From assembly GCA_031316145.1 (NCBI GenBank), contig JALDQZ010000012.1, forward strand, positions 1-32,000: a DNA stretch of 32,000 nucleotides, read 5' to 3'. Numbering within the stretch: the first letter of the stretch is position 1; the number at the start of each line of letters is the position of its first letter. The DNA comes from Candidatus Brocadiaceae bacterium. GTDB lineage: Bacteria > Planctomycetota > Brocadiia > Brocadiales > Brocadiaceae. Positions 23,982 to 32,000 of this stretch are shown piece after piece. Both the position numbers and the translations under genes were made by a program. The notes beneath the pieces were generated by a model. It was not told the origin of the DNA. It saw only the letters and a program-made list of their open reading frames with translations, and ran no database searches.

Positions 23982-24503
23982 ATGAAAACAAAAGGCAAGA
24001 AGCATACATATCATGCATCAGAAAAACAGGGGGGGATTTGGTTTACTATTTCCCGGAGAAATTTTTTCAGTTTAGCAGGTTGGGCGCTCTTTTTCGCGAC
24101 AATAGGGGCTTATCTGGGAGAGCTTGCAGGATATAAAGGGTTTTTTTATCCTAAGGTCCTTTTTGAGCCTTCACCACGATTTACGATAGGAGAGCCAGGC
24201 TCTTTTCCGGAAAATTCCGTGACCACGTTAAAGCCGAGAAAGATATTTGTTGTGCGAGATGGCAACAGTTTTAAGGCCATTTCAGTTGTATGTCAGCACT
24301 TAGGATGTGCGGTAGAGTTTTCTAAAGAGAAAAACATATTCGAGTGTCCTTGTCATGGCAGTAAATATTATCGAAATGGCGTAAACTTTGCCGGACCAGC
24401 GCCGAGGCCTCTTGACCACTTTGAAGTTCTTTTAAATGACAACGGTAAGCTGGTAGTAGATACAAGCGTAAAAGTGCCTTTAGAAACAGAGTTAGTAGTT
24501 TAG
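23982..24503 (+). CDS. Rieske [2Fe-2S] protein with Tat-type signal anchor
   Basis: Twin-arginine motif ISRRNFFSLAG followed by a TM helix. Rieske boxes CQHLGC and CPCHGS. Strong aggagg RBS. Confidence 0.92.
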   Translation: MKTKGKKHTYHASEKQGGIWFTISRRNFFSLAGWALFFATIGAYLGELAGYKGFFYPKVLFEPSPRFTIGEPGSFPENSVTTLKPRKIFVVRDGNSFKAISVVCQHLGCAVEFSKEKNIFECPCHGSKYYRNGVNFAGPAPRPLDHFEVLLNDNGKLVVDTSVKVPLETELVV

Positions 24504-24551
24504 TTTTGAATTTTACATCCTTATACTCTTTAATCATGAAGGTTTGAATTT

Positions 24552-26312
24552 ATGACCCAAGCAACAAAATCACAAAAAGGGACGAGGGTGCTTCTCGATT
24601 TAAATTGGTTGCAAGAGAATATCCGCTGTCAACATCGCTGTCCGGCCCATATGGATGTGCCGGGATATATACGTTTAATAAGCCAGGGCAAATACCAGGA
24701 ATCACACATATTGATGAGGGAAACAAATCCTTTTCCAGCGGTGTGTGGATATGTTTGTCCGCATCCGTGCGAATCTAAATGTAAAAGGGGTGATTTTGAC
24801 AGGCCCGTTGCTATTGATGCACTAAAACGTTTTGTAACTGATTATATATTTAAACATAAAATCAAAGCGCCGCTTCCTCAGATAAAACAAAGGAAGGAAA
24901 GGGTTGCCGTAATTGGCGCAGGCCCAGCGGGTTTGACAGCAGCTAATGATCTTGCGGGTATGGGTTACAACGTTACTGTATTTGAAAAAGACCCTCAGGT
25001 TGGTGGTATGATGATGTGGGCAATTCCGTCCTATAGGTTGCCGCGTGAGCAGATAATGTTTGATGTGAGTCAAATTGTTGCGCGAGGTGTTGAGATAAAG
25101 ACCAACTCCCCTATCGGAACTCCCGGAAAGACAATTTCCGGATTATTGAGAGATGGGTATAAAGCTGTATTTATAGCTGTGGGTGCTCAGAATGGGAAAC
25201 GGTTGGAGATTCCAGGGGAGGAGGATACAGAGGGTGTTATGGATTGCCTGGAATTTTTGAGAAATGTAAATGGCGGCGATCTGAGAAGTCCGGGTAAAAA
25301 GGTAGCGGTAATAGGCGGTGGAAATTCTGCTATTGATGCAGCGAGGACGGCGCAGCGGCTGTCGGATGAAGTTTATATTGTGTATCGAAGAACGAGAGAA
25401 GAAATGCCGGCGCTTCCGTGGGAGATTGAGGAGGCGGAGCATGAAGGAGTGAGATTTCATTATCTTGCTGCGCCAGTGAAAATTATAACTGAGAATGGGA
25501 AGGCGAAAGCCTTGGAGTGTATTAAAATGAGATTGGGCAAACCTGACAGCAGCGGAAGAAGACGCCCTGAACCAATCCCGAAATCAGAGTTTACGATTGA
25601 AGCCGACTGTATAATTTCTGCGATCAGTCAAGAGGCCGATCTGCGTTTTCTTGGAGAGGATCACGGATTAGAGGTGACGAAGTGGGGCACGCTTAAGGTC
25701 GATAAAACTCTCCATACGAACAAAAAGGGCATATTTGCCGGTGGTGATGTGAATTTGGGGCCAAGCACTATTATAGAGTGTATAGCAGAAGGGCATACTG
25801 CGGCAAAATCAATTGACCGGTATATACGGGGGGAAGAGCTTGAAGAACCGAAACAAAAGGTTTGGGTGACGCTTTTGGATGCAGACATTGATGAGCGTGA
25901 AGAAAATTATGATTCTGTGCCGCGGCAGCAGATGGCACATTTGCCGACACAGGATAGGCAAGGTACCTTTGATCTGGTAGAGCTTGGTCTTATAGAGGAA
26001 CAGGCAAGAGCTGAGGCTCTTCGTTGTCTGAAGTGTGATCTCAGTATAAATGTTGAAACCAATGAGTGTGTTCTGTGTGGTAGGTGTAGTATGGTCTGCC
26101 CCGTTGGCGCTTTGAAACAGGTGGATGTTTCTGATATGAGTAAGGAGCACCGGCCTTTCTTGAGTGAAGATGGTATTGTCATAAAATACACTGACAAATG
26201 TATTCGTTGTGGTAATTGTAAAGATTGTCCCGTAAGTGTTGTTTCAATGAAACGAGTGCTTTGGAAGCCAAATGAGGAAATCAATGAGCCTTTAGAAGAA
26301 AGGGGGGGGTAG
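24552..26312 (+). CDS. GltD/NfnB-like NAD(P)-dependent FAD/FeS oxidoreductase subunit with C-terminal 2x[4Fe-4S] ferredoxin domain
   Basis: N-terminal Cys clusters (CQHRCPAH, CGYVCPHPCESKC). Two Rossmann motifs (VAVIGAGPAGLTAA, VAVIGGGNSAIDAA). C-terminal CVLCGRCSMVCP and CIRCGNCKDCP. Confidence 0.85.
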   Translation: MTQATKSQKGTRVLLDLNWLQENIRCQHRCPAHMDVPGYIRLISQGKYQESHILMRETNPFPAVCGYVCPHPCESKCKRGDFDRPVAIDALKRFVTDYIFKHKIKAPLPQIKQRKERVAVIGAGPAGLTAANDLAGMGYNVTVFEKDPQVGGMMMWAIPSYRLPREQIMFDVSQIVARGVEIKTNSPIGTPGKTISGLLRDGYKAVFIAVGAQNGKRLEIPGEEDTEGVMDCLEFLRNVNGGDLRSPGKKVAVIGGGNSAIDAARTAQRLSDEVYIVYRRTREEMPALPWEIEEAEHEGVRFHYLAAPVKIITENGKAKALECIKMRLGKPDSSGRRRPEPIPKSEFTIEADCIISAISQEADLRFLGEDHGLEVTKWGTLKVDKTLHTNKKGIFAGGDVNLGPSTIIECIAEGHTAAKSIDRYIRGEELEEPKQKVWVTLLDADIDEREENYDSVPRQQMAHLPTQDRQGTFDLVELGLIEEQARAEALRCLKCDLSINVETNECVLCGRCSMVCPVGALKQVDVSDMSKEHRPFLSEDGIVIKYTDKCIRCGNCKDCPVSVVSMKRVLWKPNEEINEPLEERGG

Positions 26313-26376
26313 GAAGTATTCTGTTATGAAGGGGAAAAAATGGTAATAAACGTAATACGGAGGAAGGGGCGTTTAA

Positions 26377-27147
26377 ATGAAATTAATTGAGGAGTTAAAA
26401 AGGAAAATCACAGACAATGAAATTTGGAGGTCTGTATTTCGCCACGGTTACGCAGATACCCCGAGAAACCGAGTTCTTCAGATTATCAGCAATGTATGGT
26501 TGCACTTGCATCCTGCAAAGGTTCGAGAGCACGGTACGCAAATCAGATTTACTTGGTGCATGGGAGGTATTACTTTTTTCGTATTCCTATTCGAGACGAT
26601 AACAGGTGTGCTGTTAATGTTTTATTATACGCCTGATGTGAATAGGGCTTATGCGGATATTGTGGACCTGATGTATGTTGTGCCTTTTGGCAGGTTTTTA
26701 AGAAACTCTCACAGATGGGGTGCGCACGCTATGGTAATTACGGTGAGTATTCATATGCTTCGAGTGTTTCTGACGGGTTCTTATAAGCCTCCAAGGCAGT
26801 TTAATTGGGTAGTTGGGGTAGTACTGTTGGTTCTTACGTTGTTGTTGAGTTTTACGGGTTATTTGTTGCCATGGGATCAGCTTGGATATTGGGCTATTAC
26901 CGTTGGTACTAATATGGCTCGTGCAACACCGCTTCTCGGTCATGAGGGTCCGTTTGCATATATCTTAGGTATGGAAGCGAATAATGATGTGCGTTTTGCA
27001 TTGCTGGGAGGCACATTGATCGAGGCTCCAGCTTTGTTGAGGGCTTATGTGTGGCATTGCATTGGAATACCACTGGTAGCATCGGCGTTGATGATGGTTC
27101 ATTTCTGGAGGGTAAGAAAAGATGGAGGGATCTCAGGTCCTCTGTAG
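26377..27147 (+). CDS. Cytochrome b, b6-type N-terminal half
   Basis: Helix [16 protein letters not shown] (His pair i, i+14). Helix [17 protein letters not shown] (i, i+15, as in b6). [13 protein letters not shown]. The C-terminus [10 protein letters not shown] matches the b6 C-terminus. WCMGGIT aligns to b6 YCLGGIT. Confidence 0.92.
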   Translation: MKLIEELKRKITDNEIWRSVFRHGYADTPRNRVLQIISNVWLHLHPAKVREHGTQIRFTWCMGGITFFVFLFETITGVLLMFYYTPDVNRAYADIVDLMYVVPFGRFLRNSHRWGAHAMVITVSIHMLRVFLTGSYKPPRQFNWVVGVVLLVLTLLLSFTGYLLPWDQLGYWAITVGTNMARATPLLGHEGPFAYILGMEANNDVRFALLGGTLIEAPALLRAYVWHCIGIPLVASALMMVHFWRVRKDGGISGPL

Positions 27148-27201
27148 TGTTCAATTAAATTTTTCGTTAGATTATTGGAGAAATTTCTGAGGAGTGGTTC
27201 C

Positions 27202-27924
27202 ATGGCGGTAAGTGAAGGGAAAAGAGAGTTAGTCGAATTTAAAGACGACAAGGTTTTTACATGGCCCACCCTGGTTGCTAAGGAGTTCCTGGCTGCTATT
27301 TTTGTGACGGTAGGGCTGCTTGTCTATTCATATTATGTAGATGCTCCTCTTAGGGAGTTATCAAACCCTGGGCAAGCTGAAAATCCAGCAAAGGCTCCTT
27401 GGTATTTCTTGGGATTACAAGAGGCTTTAGTATATTTTGATCCATGGTATGCAGGCGTAGTTCTTCCCAGTATCATCATACTGGGATTAATTGTCATTCC
27501 GTATATAGACAATAATCCGAAAGGGAATGGCTATTTTACTTTTAAAGAGAGAAAGTTTGCAGTATCAGTTTTTATGTTTGGTTACATACTTTGGTATGTT
27601 TTGATTTATATTGGTACTGCTCTAAGGGGGCCGTTTTGGGCGTTTTTCTGGCCTTGGGAAGAATGGACGCATGATTTCCCCACCCCTGCTCCTTTACATA
27701 ATCTACCATTGCCTTTGGGGATAGTGCTGGTGTTCGGATTTTATTTCTTCGGATTGATTATACCTGCGCTGGTAAAAAGAGACTTCTTTTTGAGGATTGG
27801 GGTAATTCGTTACCTCATTACGATGGGTCTTCTTTTAACCATGATTGGCACCATAATTAAAATGGTTTTTCGGTTGGCATTTAGTGTTAAGTATATTATT
27901 GCCACCCCTTGGATTAACATATAA
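27202..27924 (+). CDS. Cytochrome b C-terminal half / subunit IV-like protein (extended)
   Basis: The Qo-region KAPWYFLGLQEAL aligns to b6f subunit IV PEWYFFPVFQIL. Multiple TM helices. The ATG at 27202 has a gaggag RBS, whereas the track ORF starts at TTG 27175. Confidence 0.85.
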   Translation: MAVSEGKRELVEFKDDKVFTWPTLVAKEFLAAIFVTVGLLVYSYYVDAPLRELSNPGQAENPAKAPWYFLGLQEALVYFDPWYAGVVLPSIIILGLIVIPYIDNNPKGNGYFTFKERKFAVSVFMFGYILWYVLIYIGTALRGPFWAFFWPWEEWTHDFPTPAPLHNLPLPLGIVLVFGFYFFGLIIPALVKRDFFLRIGVIRYLITMGLLLTMIGTIIKMVFRLAFSVKYIIATPWINI

Positions 27925-27971
27925 TTATTTTCAAGATACCTTAAATCGAGTATTTCCGGGATAGGTGATTT

Positions 27972-29057
27972 ATGACCGTACAAAGACTGATTTTTTTGTT
28001 ATTAAGCGGCTTGTTTTTTATCTCCACATTGTTATGGTTTCATCAGGAGTTCAATCCTGAGTGGAGGGAATATCAAAAGGAATATTTCGAAGAACAGGCC
28101 GTAAAAGTAGAGAAAGAGCTAAGTTCTGCAGATACTATACTGGAACAGGAGGTGCTAACGAGGCGTCTGGCATCGCTGCGAAGACCTGTATATGAAATTA
28201 AACAGATTCTTTTACAAGGCGAATATAGTTGGAAGAAACAGCAGAATGGGGATAAGGTTGATCGCTGCATGACTTGCCATATGGATGAAGAAAAATTGAC
28301 CAAATCTCATAATACTAAGGTTTTTCCTTTTGACCTTTATGGATGTACTGTTTGCCATGGAGGTAATGGTAGGGCTCTTTCCGTAGAGCATGCTCATGAG
28401 GGTATGTATTCGGGGAGAAGAGAAATGCTGCAGAGAGTGGTGGCCGCGGAGCCAATGTTCGAATTTTGGGAAGAATTGGCGACGCTGACTCCGGAAGAAA
28501 GCGATCCAAACCAGCGCATTGAGATGGGTGATTTCAGGGGGTACTGTATTACCGGTGACAGGATGAATTATGTTGGTAGTAAAAAATGTCTCAAATGCCA
28601 CACAGGTTTGACGTCTCCACATGTAGAACGCTGGCAAAGGATCAAGTTCAAGACTTTCGAGCGCGTAAAAGAAGCACCTGATTACATTGCTGGTAACGAG
28701 AAGTATAAAAAGCTTTGTTGGGAGTGCCATACCACGGGATATAATGAGGAAACAGGAACATATTCCGAGGAAGGAGTAACGTGCGAGGCTTGCCACGGAC
28801 CGGGAGAGGTGTTTAGTTATTTTATGGATGTGGGAAAGGCTCCTGAGGGACAAAAAATTGCGAAAGTGGGAACCTTCGGCACCCCGTACAATATTTGCGG
28901 ACCGTGTCATCATACCCGAGGACATGAGATGCGACTCAGGTTTTTCCAGGAGCAAGGTGCTGATGAAGAATGGTTTTTCCCGCGGCACACAGAACCATAT
29001 AAGACGATATCGGGAGAAACTGATTCCGTGGATAGTTCACTGCCAAAGATTCAGTAG
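27972..29057 (+). CDS. Membrane-anchored hexaheme cytochrome c
   Basis: N-terminal TM helix. Six CxxCH motifs: CMTCH, CTVCH, CLKCH, CWECH, CEACH, CGPCH. Confidence 0.9.
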   Translation: MTVQRLIFLLLSGLFFISTLLWFHQEFNPEWREYQKEYFEEQAVKVEKELSSADTILEQEVLTRRLASLRRPVYEIKQILLQGEYSWKKQQNGDKVDRCMTCHMDEEKLTKSHNTKVFPFDLYGCTVCHGGNGRALSVEHAHEGMYSGRREMLQRVVAAEPMFEFWEELATLTPEESDPNQRIEMGDFRGYCITGDRMNYVGSKKCLKCHTGLTSPHVERWQRIKFKTFERVKEAPDYIAGNEKYKKLCWECHTTGYNEETGTYSEEGVTCEACHGPGEVFSYFMDVGKAPEGQKIAKVGTFGTPYNICGPCHHTRGHEMRLRFFQEQGADEEWFFPRHTEPYKTISGETDSVDSSLPKIQ

Positions 29058-29144
29058 ATTTGAAATTGCACGTTCGTTTGAAAAAAGGAAATAAAGTTGT
29101 GTTTATTAATACCATTTGCAGGCTTTAAGGTGAGGAGGCGTAAA

Positions 29145-30890
29145 ATGAAGTTTTTAAAATCGGGCGCGATTTTTTTCGCGGTCCTTATGATGCTGAGTGC
29201 GTATGTCGGAAGCACGCAGGCACAGTCAATGGACGAGCTGAAAGAAATGCAGAAGAAGGCCATGAATTATTATGACGAATTATATCCTAATACTCCGTTG
29301 CCACTTAATGACTGGTTTGTTAAAAATGTCGGTTTGGAGAAAGGCGCAGGTCCCTGGCAGGATCTATATAAACCGGTTCCATTACAAATGTATTGGTTTC
29401 CTATAAGACACTATGTGAAGCCAGAAGGCACATATTATGATCAGTTGCTCGAAAAATACAAACCCAGTGACTGTGTTGAGTGTCATAAAGAGGTTACCCC
29501 TGGATTTGTGCATGATTGGGAAGATTCTACCCATGCTCATCCGAGAAAGAATCCTCGGGTCGCAGAGAAGACCCAGAAAATTGAAAAATTGATTGGAAGG
29601 GATTTGAAAGAGGTAACCTGCAGCGACTGTCATGGGAAAGACCACAAAGAGCTTCGTATGCCGACTCCAGATGTGTGCGGCGAATGTCACCCTCAGCAGG
29701 TAACGGAATTTATGAGCGAGGCTGAACGTGGTAGACCGAATCACATCGACGGTTTAGCGGCGAATGTCATTCCCATGTGGTATCCGGAGATGTTCAGGAG
29801 GGGTTATCCTGCTGGTCAGTTCGGGTGTGATATGTGTCACGCGACAGATAGATGTAATATCTGTCATACAAGACACAAATTTGCCGCTGCGGAAGGAAGG
29901 AGACCGGAAGCCTGTATGAGTTGCCATATGGGTTTTGACCATCCGGATGCGGAAACATATGGTGAATCAAAAATGGGTATGATTTATCATATGGAAGGTG
30001 AACACTGGGATTGGGAAAAACCGTTGGCGGAGGTTGTACCCGGCAAGGATTACAGGACGCCTACCTGTCAATTCTGCCATATGGACCAAGGTGATGGCAC
30101 TTTTGCCCATAATCCTGTGATAAAAGGCGTATGGAGGATGGGCACCGTACCTCCTAAAGGAGTTGATTACAAGTCTTCTATAAAAGATTATCCTCATGGT
30201 ATCAATATACCTCCTATGAATTACAAGTTAGACATATACTCTCCTGAAAATAAGAAACGATCGGAACAGTGGGTAGCGGTGTGTAGCAAATGCCATAGCC
30301 CTAGATTTGCAAGGTTATATCGTGAGAATTTGGATGATTTCATGTTTGAGATGTGGAAGCATCAGGATAGGGCGCAGTTAATTTTAGATGATATCGTAGC
30401 AAACGATGAATTTGAAGTGCCTATTAAAGAAAGAGATATCTTTCCTCTCGGTGACATACTTGCCGATGCGCTTGGACCTGGGTTGTTAGGTGAAGCCGTT
30501 TATAACGCTTTTAAGGACTCACATGGAAAGGTGCCTGTTGTAGGACCGATTCTTGGATTGTACGGTCTGTTTATGACTGGAGATCATAATCCGTCAGAGA
30601 TAGAACTTACCTATGCGGACATGTGGTTTGGTGACAAGGCGCACGCCTATAAGGGCGTAGCTCACGGGCAACAGGATATTGCATGGTGGTATGGCGCTTC
30701 ACAGGTTTATCAGAAGATCAATATTCTGGAAAGCCAAGCCGTAGCGCTGAAAACGCAGAAGCAAGTAAGAGAGTTTCTGGATTCTAGGAAAAGGAAAAGT
30801 CATGCTGGCATAATTGGCGCTATTATAGGTGTTGTAGCAGTCGCGATGTTTGGTGCTGCCGTAATGAAAAAAAGACTGGATAAGAAGTAG
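29145..30890 (+). CDS. hao: Octaheme hydroxylamine oxidoreductase-like (HAO family) protein with signal peptide and C-terminal TM anchor
   Basis: Eight CxxCH motifs: CVECH, CSDCH, CGECH, CDMCH, CNICH, CMSCH, CQFCH, CSKCH. Sec signal MKFLKSGAIFFAVLMMLSAYVGSTQA. C-terminal helix AGIIGAIIGVVAVAMFGAAVM followed by KKRLDKK. The ATG at 29145 has a gaggagg RBS, whereas the track ORF starts at TTG 29097. Confidence 0.9.
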   Translation: MKFLKSGAIFFAVLMMLSAYVGSTQAQSMDELKEMQKKAMNYYDELYPNTPLPLNDWFVKNVGLEKGAGPWQDLYKPVPLQMYWFPIRHYVKPEGTYYDQLLEKYKPSDCVECHKEVTPGFVHDWEDSTHAHPRKNPRVAEKTQKIEKLIGRDLKEVTCSDCHGKDHKELRMPTPDVCGECHPQQVTEFMSEAERGRPNHIDGLAANVIPMWYPEMFRRGYPAGQFGCDMCHATDRCNICHTRHKFAAAEGRRPEACMSCHMGFDHPDAETYGESKMGMIYHMEGEHWDWEKPLAEVVPGKDYRTPTCQFCHMDQGDGTFAHNPVIKGVWRMGTVPPKGVDYKSSIKDYPHGINIPPMNYKLDIYSPENKKRSEQWVAVCSKCHSPRFARLYRENLDDFMFEMWKHQDRAQLILDDIVANDEFEVPIKERDIFPLGDILADALGPGLLGEAVYNAFKDSHGKVPVVGPILGLYGLFMTGDHNPSEIELTYADMWFGDKAHAYKGVAHGQQDIAWWYGASQVYQKINILESQAVALKTQKQVREFLDSRKRKSHAGIIGAIIGVVAVAMFGAAVMKKRLDKK

Positions 30891-30922
30891 GAACAAAAAT
30901 TTTCGGTAATGGTGAAAAAAAC

Positions 30923-30956
30923 AAAAAAAGGCATCTTGAAAAGGATGCCTTTTTTT
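30923..30956 (+). terminator. Rho-independent terminator, A/T-flanked (potentially bidirectional)
   Basis: A7 tract, stem ggcatctt / aaggatgcc with a GAAA loop (30930-30949), then T7 (30950-30956). It starts 33 nt after the HAO-like stop. Confidence 0.85.
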
Positions 30957-30999
30957 GTTTCTAAAGAATCCGGTTTATTGACAGGGGATGTATTGAGGC

Positions 31000-31920
31000 A
31001 TGTTAAATAACATAAAAAAGTACGTGCTTAGCTCTCAACAGTTCGGTGCGTTTTCCTATCCATTTAAGAATGAGAGTATGGCTTACAAAAACTCTAAAGT
31101 GATAATTATGGGCGTTCCTTTTGATGGCACTGCTACGTATCAAACAGGGGCGAAGATGGGTCCTGGTGCAATTTTAAACGCATCTATTAATATAGAGCCA
31201 CATGACGTAGATTTGGGAGATGTTTACAAGGTTGGAATATTCACTATCGGTACCCTCAATATTGAGGAAATACATGCTGATCCTGAAAAAGTTATTGATG
31301 CTGTATACCATTCCAGCAAAAGAATTGTAAATGATGACAAATTTTTAGTTATTTTAGGAGGTGAGCATTCTATTTCTCAGGGATCAATCAGGTCTTATAA
31401 AGAAAAATATAAACGTTTGTCTGTTCTTCAACTTGATGCACATTTGGATTTATTGAATGAGTTTGGAGGGAGCAGGTATAGTCATGCAAGCATAGCAAGG
31501 AGGGTTGTCGAAGATTTAAAATGCAAGGTTACTAGTTTTGGAATACGGGTAGTTTCTAAAGAGGAAAAGGGTTTTTTGAGAAAAAACAAAGGGAATCTTT
31601 CCGTATTTTTTGCGAGAGATATATATGATAACAATAATTGGCATAAAGACGCCATTAATACTTTAGAAGATTATGTGTATATTACCCTGGATGTTGATGG
31701 ATTAGATACTTCCATCATGCCGGCAACAGGAACACCTGTCCCTGGAGGGTTGGGATGGTATCGCACACTTGATTTTTTGCAAAAAGTATATAAGGAACGA
31801 AAAGTAGTCGGATTAGATATCGTAGAATTAAAACCCAATGCAGGAAACGAAGCCCCTAATTTTCTCGCAGCAAACCTTGTTTATAAAAACATAGGTTTTT
31901 ATAAAAAATATACCTTATGA
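31000..31920 (+). CDS. speB: Agmatinase / ureohydrolase family protein
   Basis: Arginase-fold Mn-binding motifs GGEHSIS, LQLDAHLDL and ITLDVDGLD. Confidence 0.8.
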   Translation: MLNNIKKYVLSSQQFGAFSYPFKNESMAYKNSKVIIMGVPFDGTATYQTGAKMGPGAILNASINIEPHDVDLGDVYKVGIFTIGTLNIEEIHADPEKVIDAVYHSSKRIVNDDKFLVILGGEHSISQGSIRSYKEKYKRLSVLQLDAHLDLLNEFGGSRYSHASIARRVVEDLKCKVTSFGIRVVSKEEKGFLRKNKGNLSVFFARDIYDNNNWHKDAINTLEDYVYITLDVDGLDTSIMPATGTPVPGGLGWYRTLDFLQKVYKERKVVGLDIVELKPNAGNEAPNFLAANLVYKNIGFYKKYTL

Positions 31921-32000
31921 AATCATGAAGAGGTGTTACTGGAGAACTGCGAGAAAAAAACAGGTGCCATTTATACGATACTTATTGTCGAAGTGTTTTG

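Noticed and set aside
26286-26312. The C-terminal ...EERGG of the GltD-like protein as a ubiquitin-like GG tail that could be the missing substrate or carrier for the JAMM protease.
   Set aside because: This is a 586-aa flavoprotein, not a beta-grasp carrier. The GG arises from a G8 homopolymer next to the stop codon and the gene belongs to a different operon, so it is most likely coincidence.
28212-28988. 258-aa ORF on the minus strand.
   Set aside because: It lies entirely antisense to the hexaheme cytochrome c gene, whose sense frame carries six CxxCH motifs. The antisense product has no recognisable motifs and its composition looks like a shadow ORF.
31925-32000. Open frame starting at ATG 31925 (MKRCYWRTARKKQVPFIRYLLSKCF...) and running off the window.
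   Set aside because: Only 25 codons are visible, with no motif and no clear RBS, which is too little evidence to call a gene.

Overview
AT-rich 32-kb chromosomal window with about 30 genes. It reads as an anammox planctomycete genome (Brocadiales, Kuenenia-like), because it carries a Rieske/cytochrome b operon that also encodes a hexaheme c and an octaheme HAO-like protein. Left third: a PAS histidine kinase with an NtrC-type sigma-54 activator, a FadL-type outer-membrane channel, and a 777-bp regulatory gap. These are followed by an unusual lipid-type cluster: a KS-like protein with a Cys/Ser/Tyr triad, a canonical FabF (Cys/His/His), a divergent ACP, and a cobalamin-domain radical SAM with CX4CX2C spacing. 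The cluster continues with a decayed 23S-IVS four-helix-bundle cassette and a third KS (Cys/His/Gln) that is translationally coupled to a multi-TM GAF-PAS histidine kinase. Middle: a CPBP protease-lpxD-lpxI operon on the minus strand, argH, lysA, and a sulfur-assimilation cluster (SirC-like, small Dsr-like siroheme protein, DsrE-like, CysM-type cysteine synthase, JAMM protease, TusA-like). Right third: a six-gene operon encoding Rieske, a GltD-like NAD(P)/FAD/FeS subunit, split b6-type cytochrome b, hexaheme c and a membrane-anchored octaheme HAO-like protein, then a strong terminator and an agmatinase. I saw no rRNA, tRNA, CRISPR array or transposase. The best candidates for unassigned biology are the KS/KS/ACP/radical-SAM/KS cluster (possible ladderane or other unusual lipid chemistry) and the R/b-HAO-NAD(P) module. 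All family calls rest on motif recognition by eye, with no database search.
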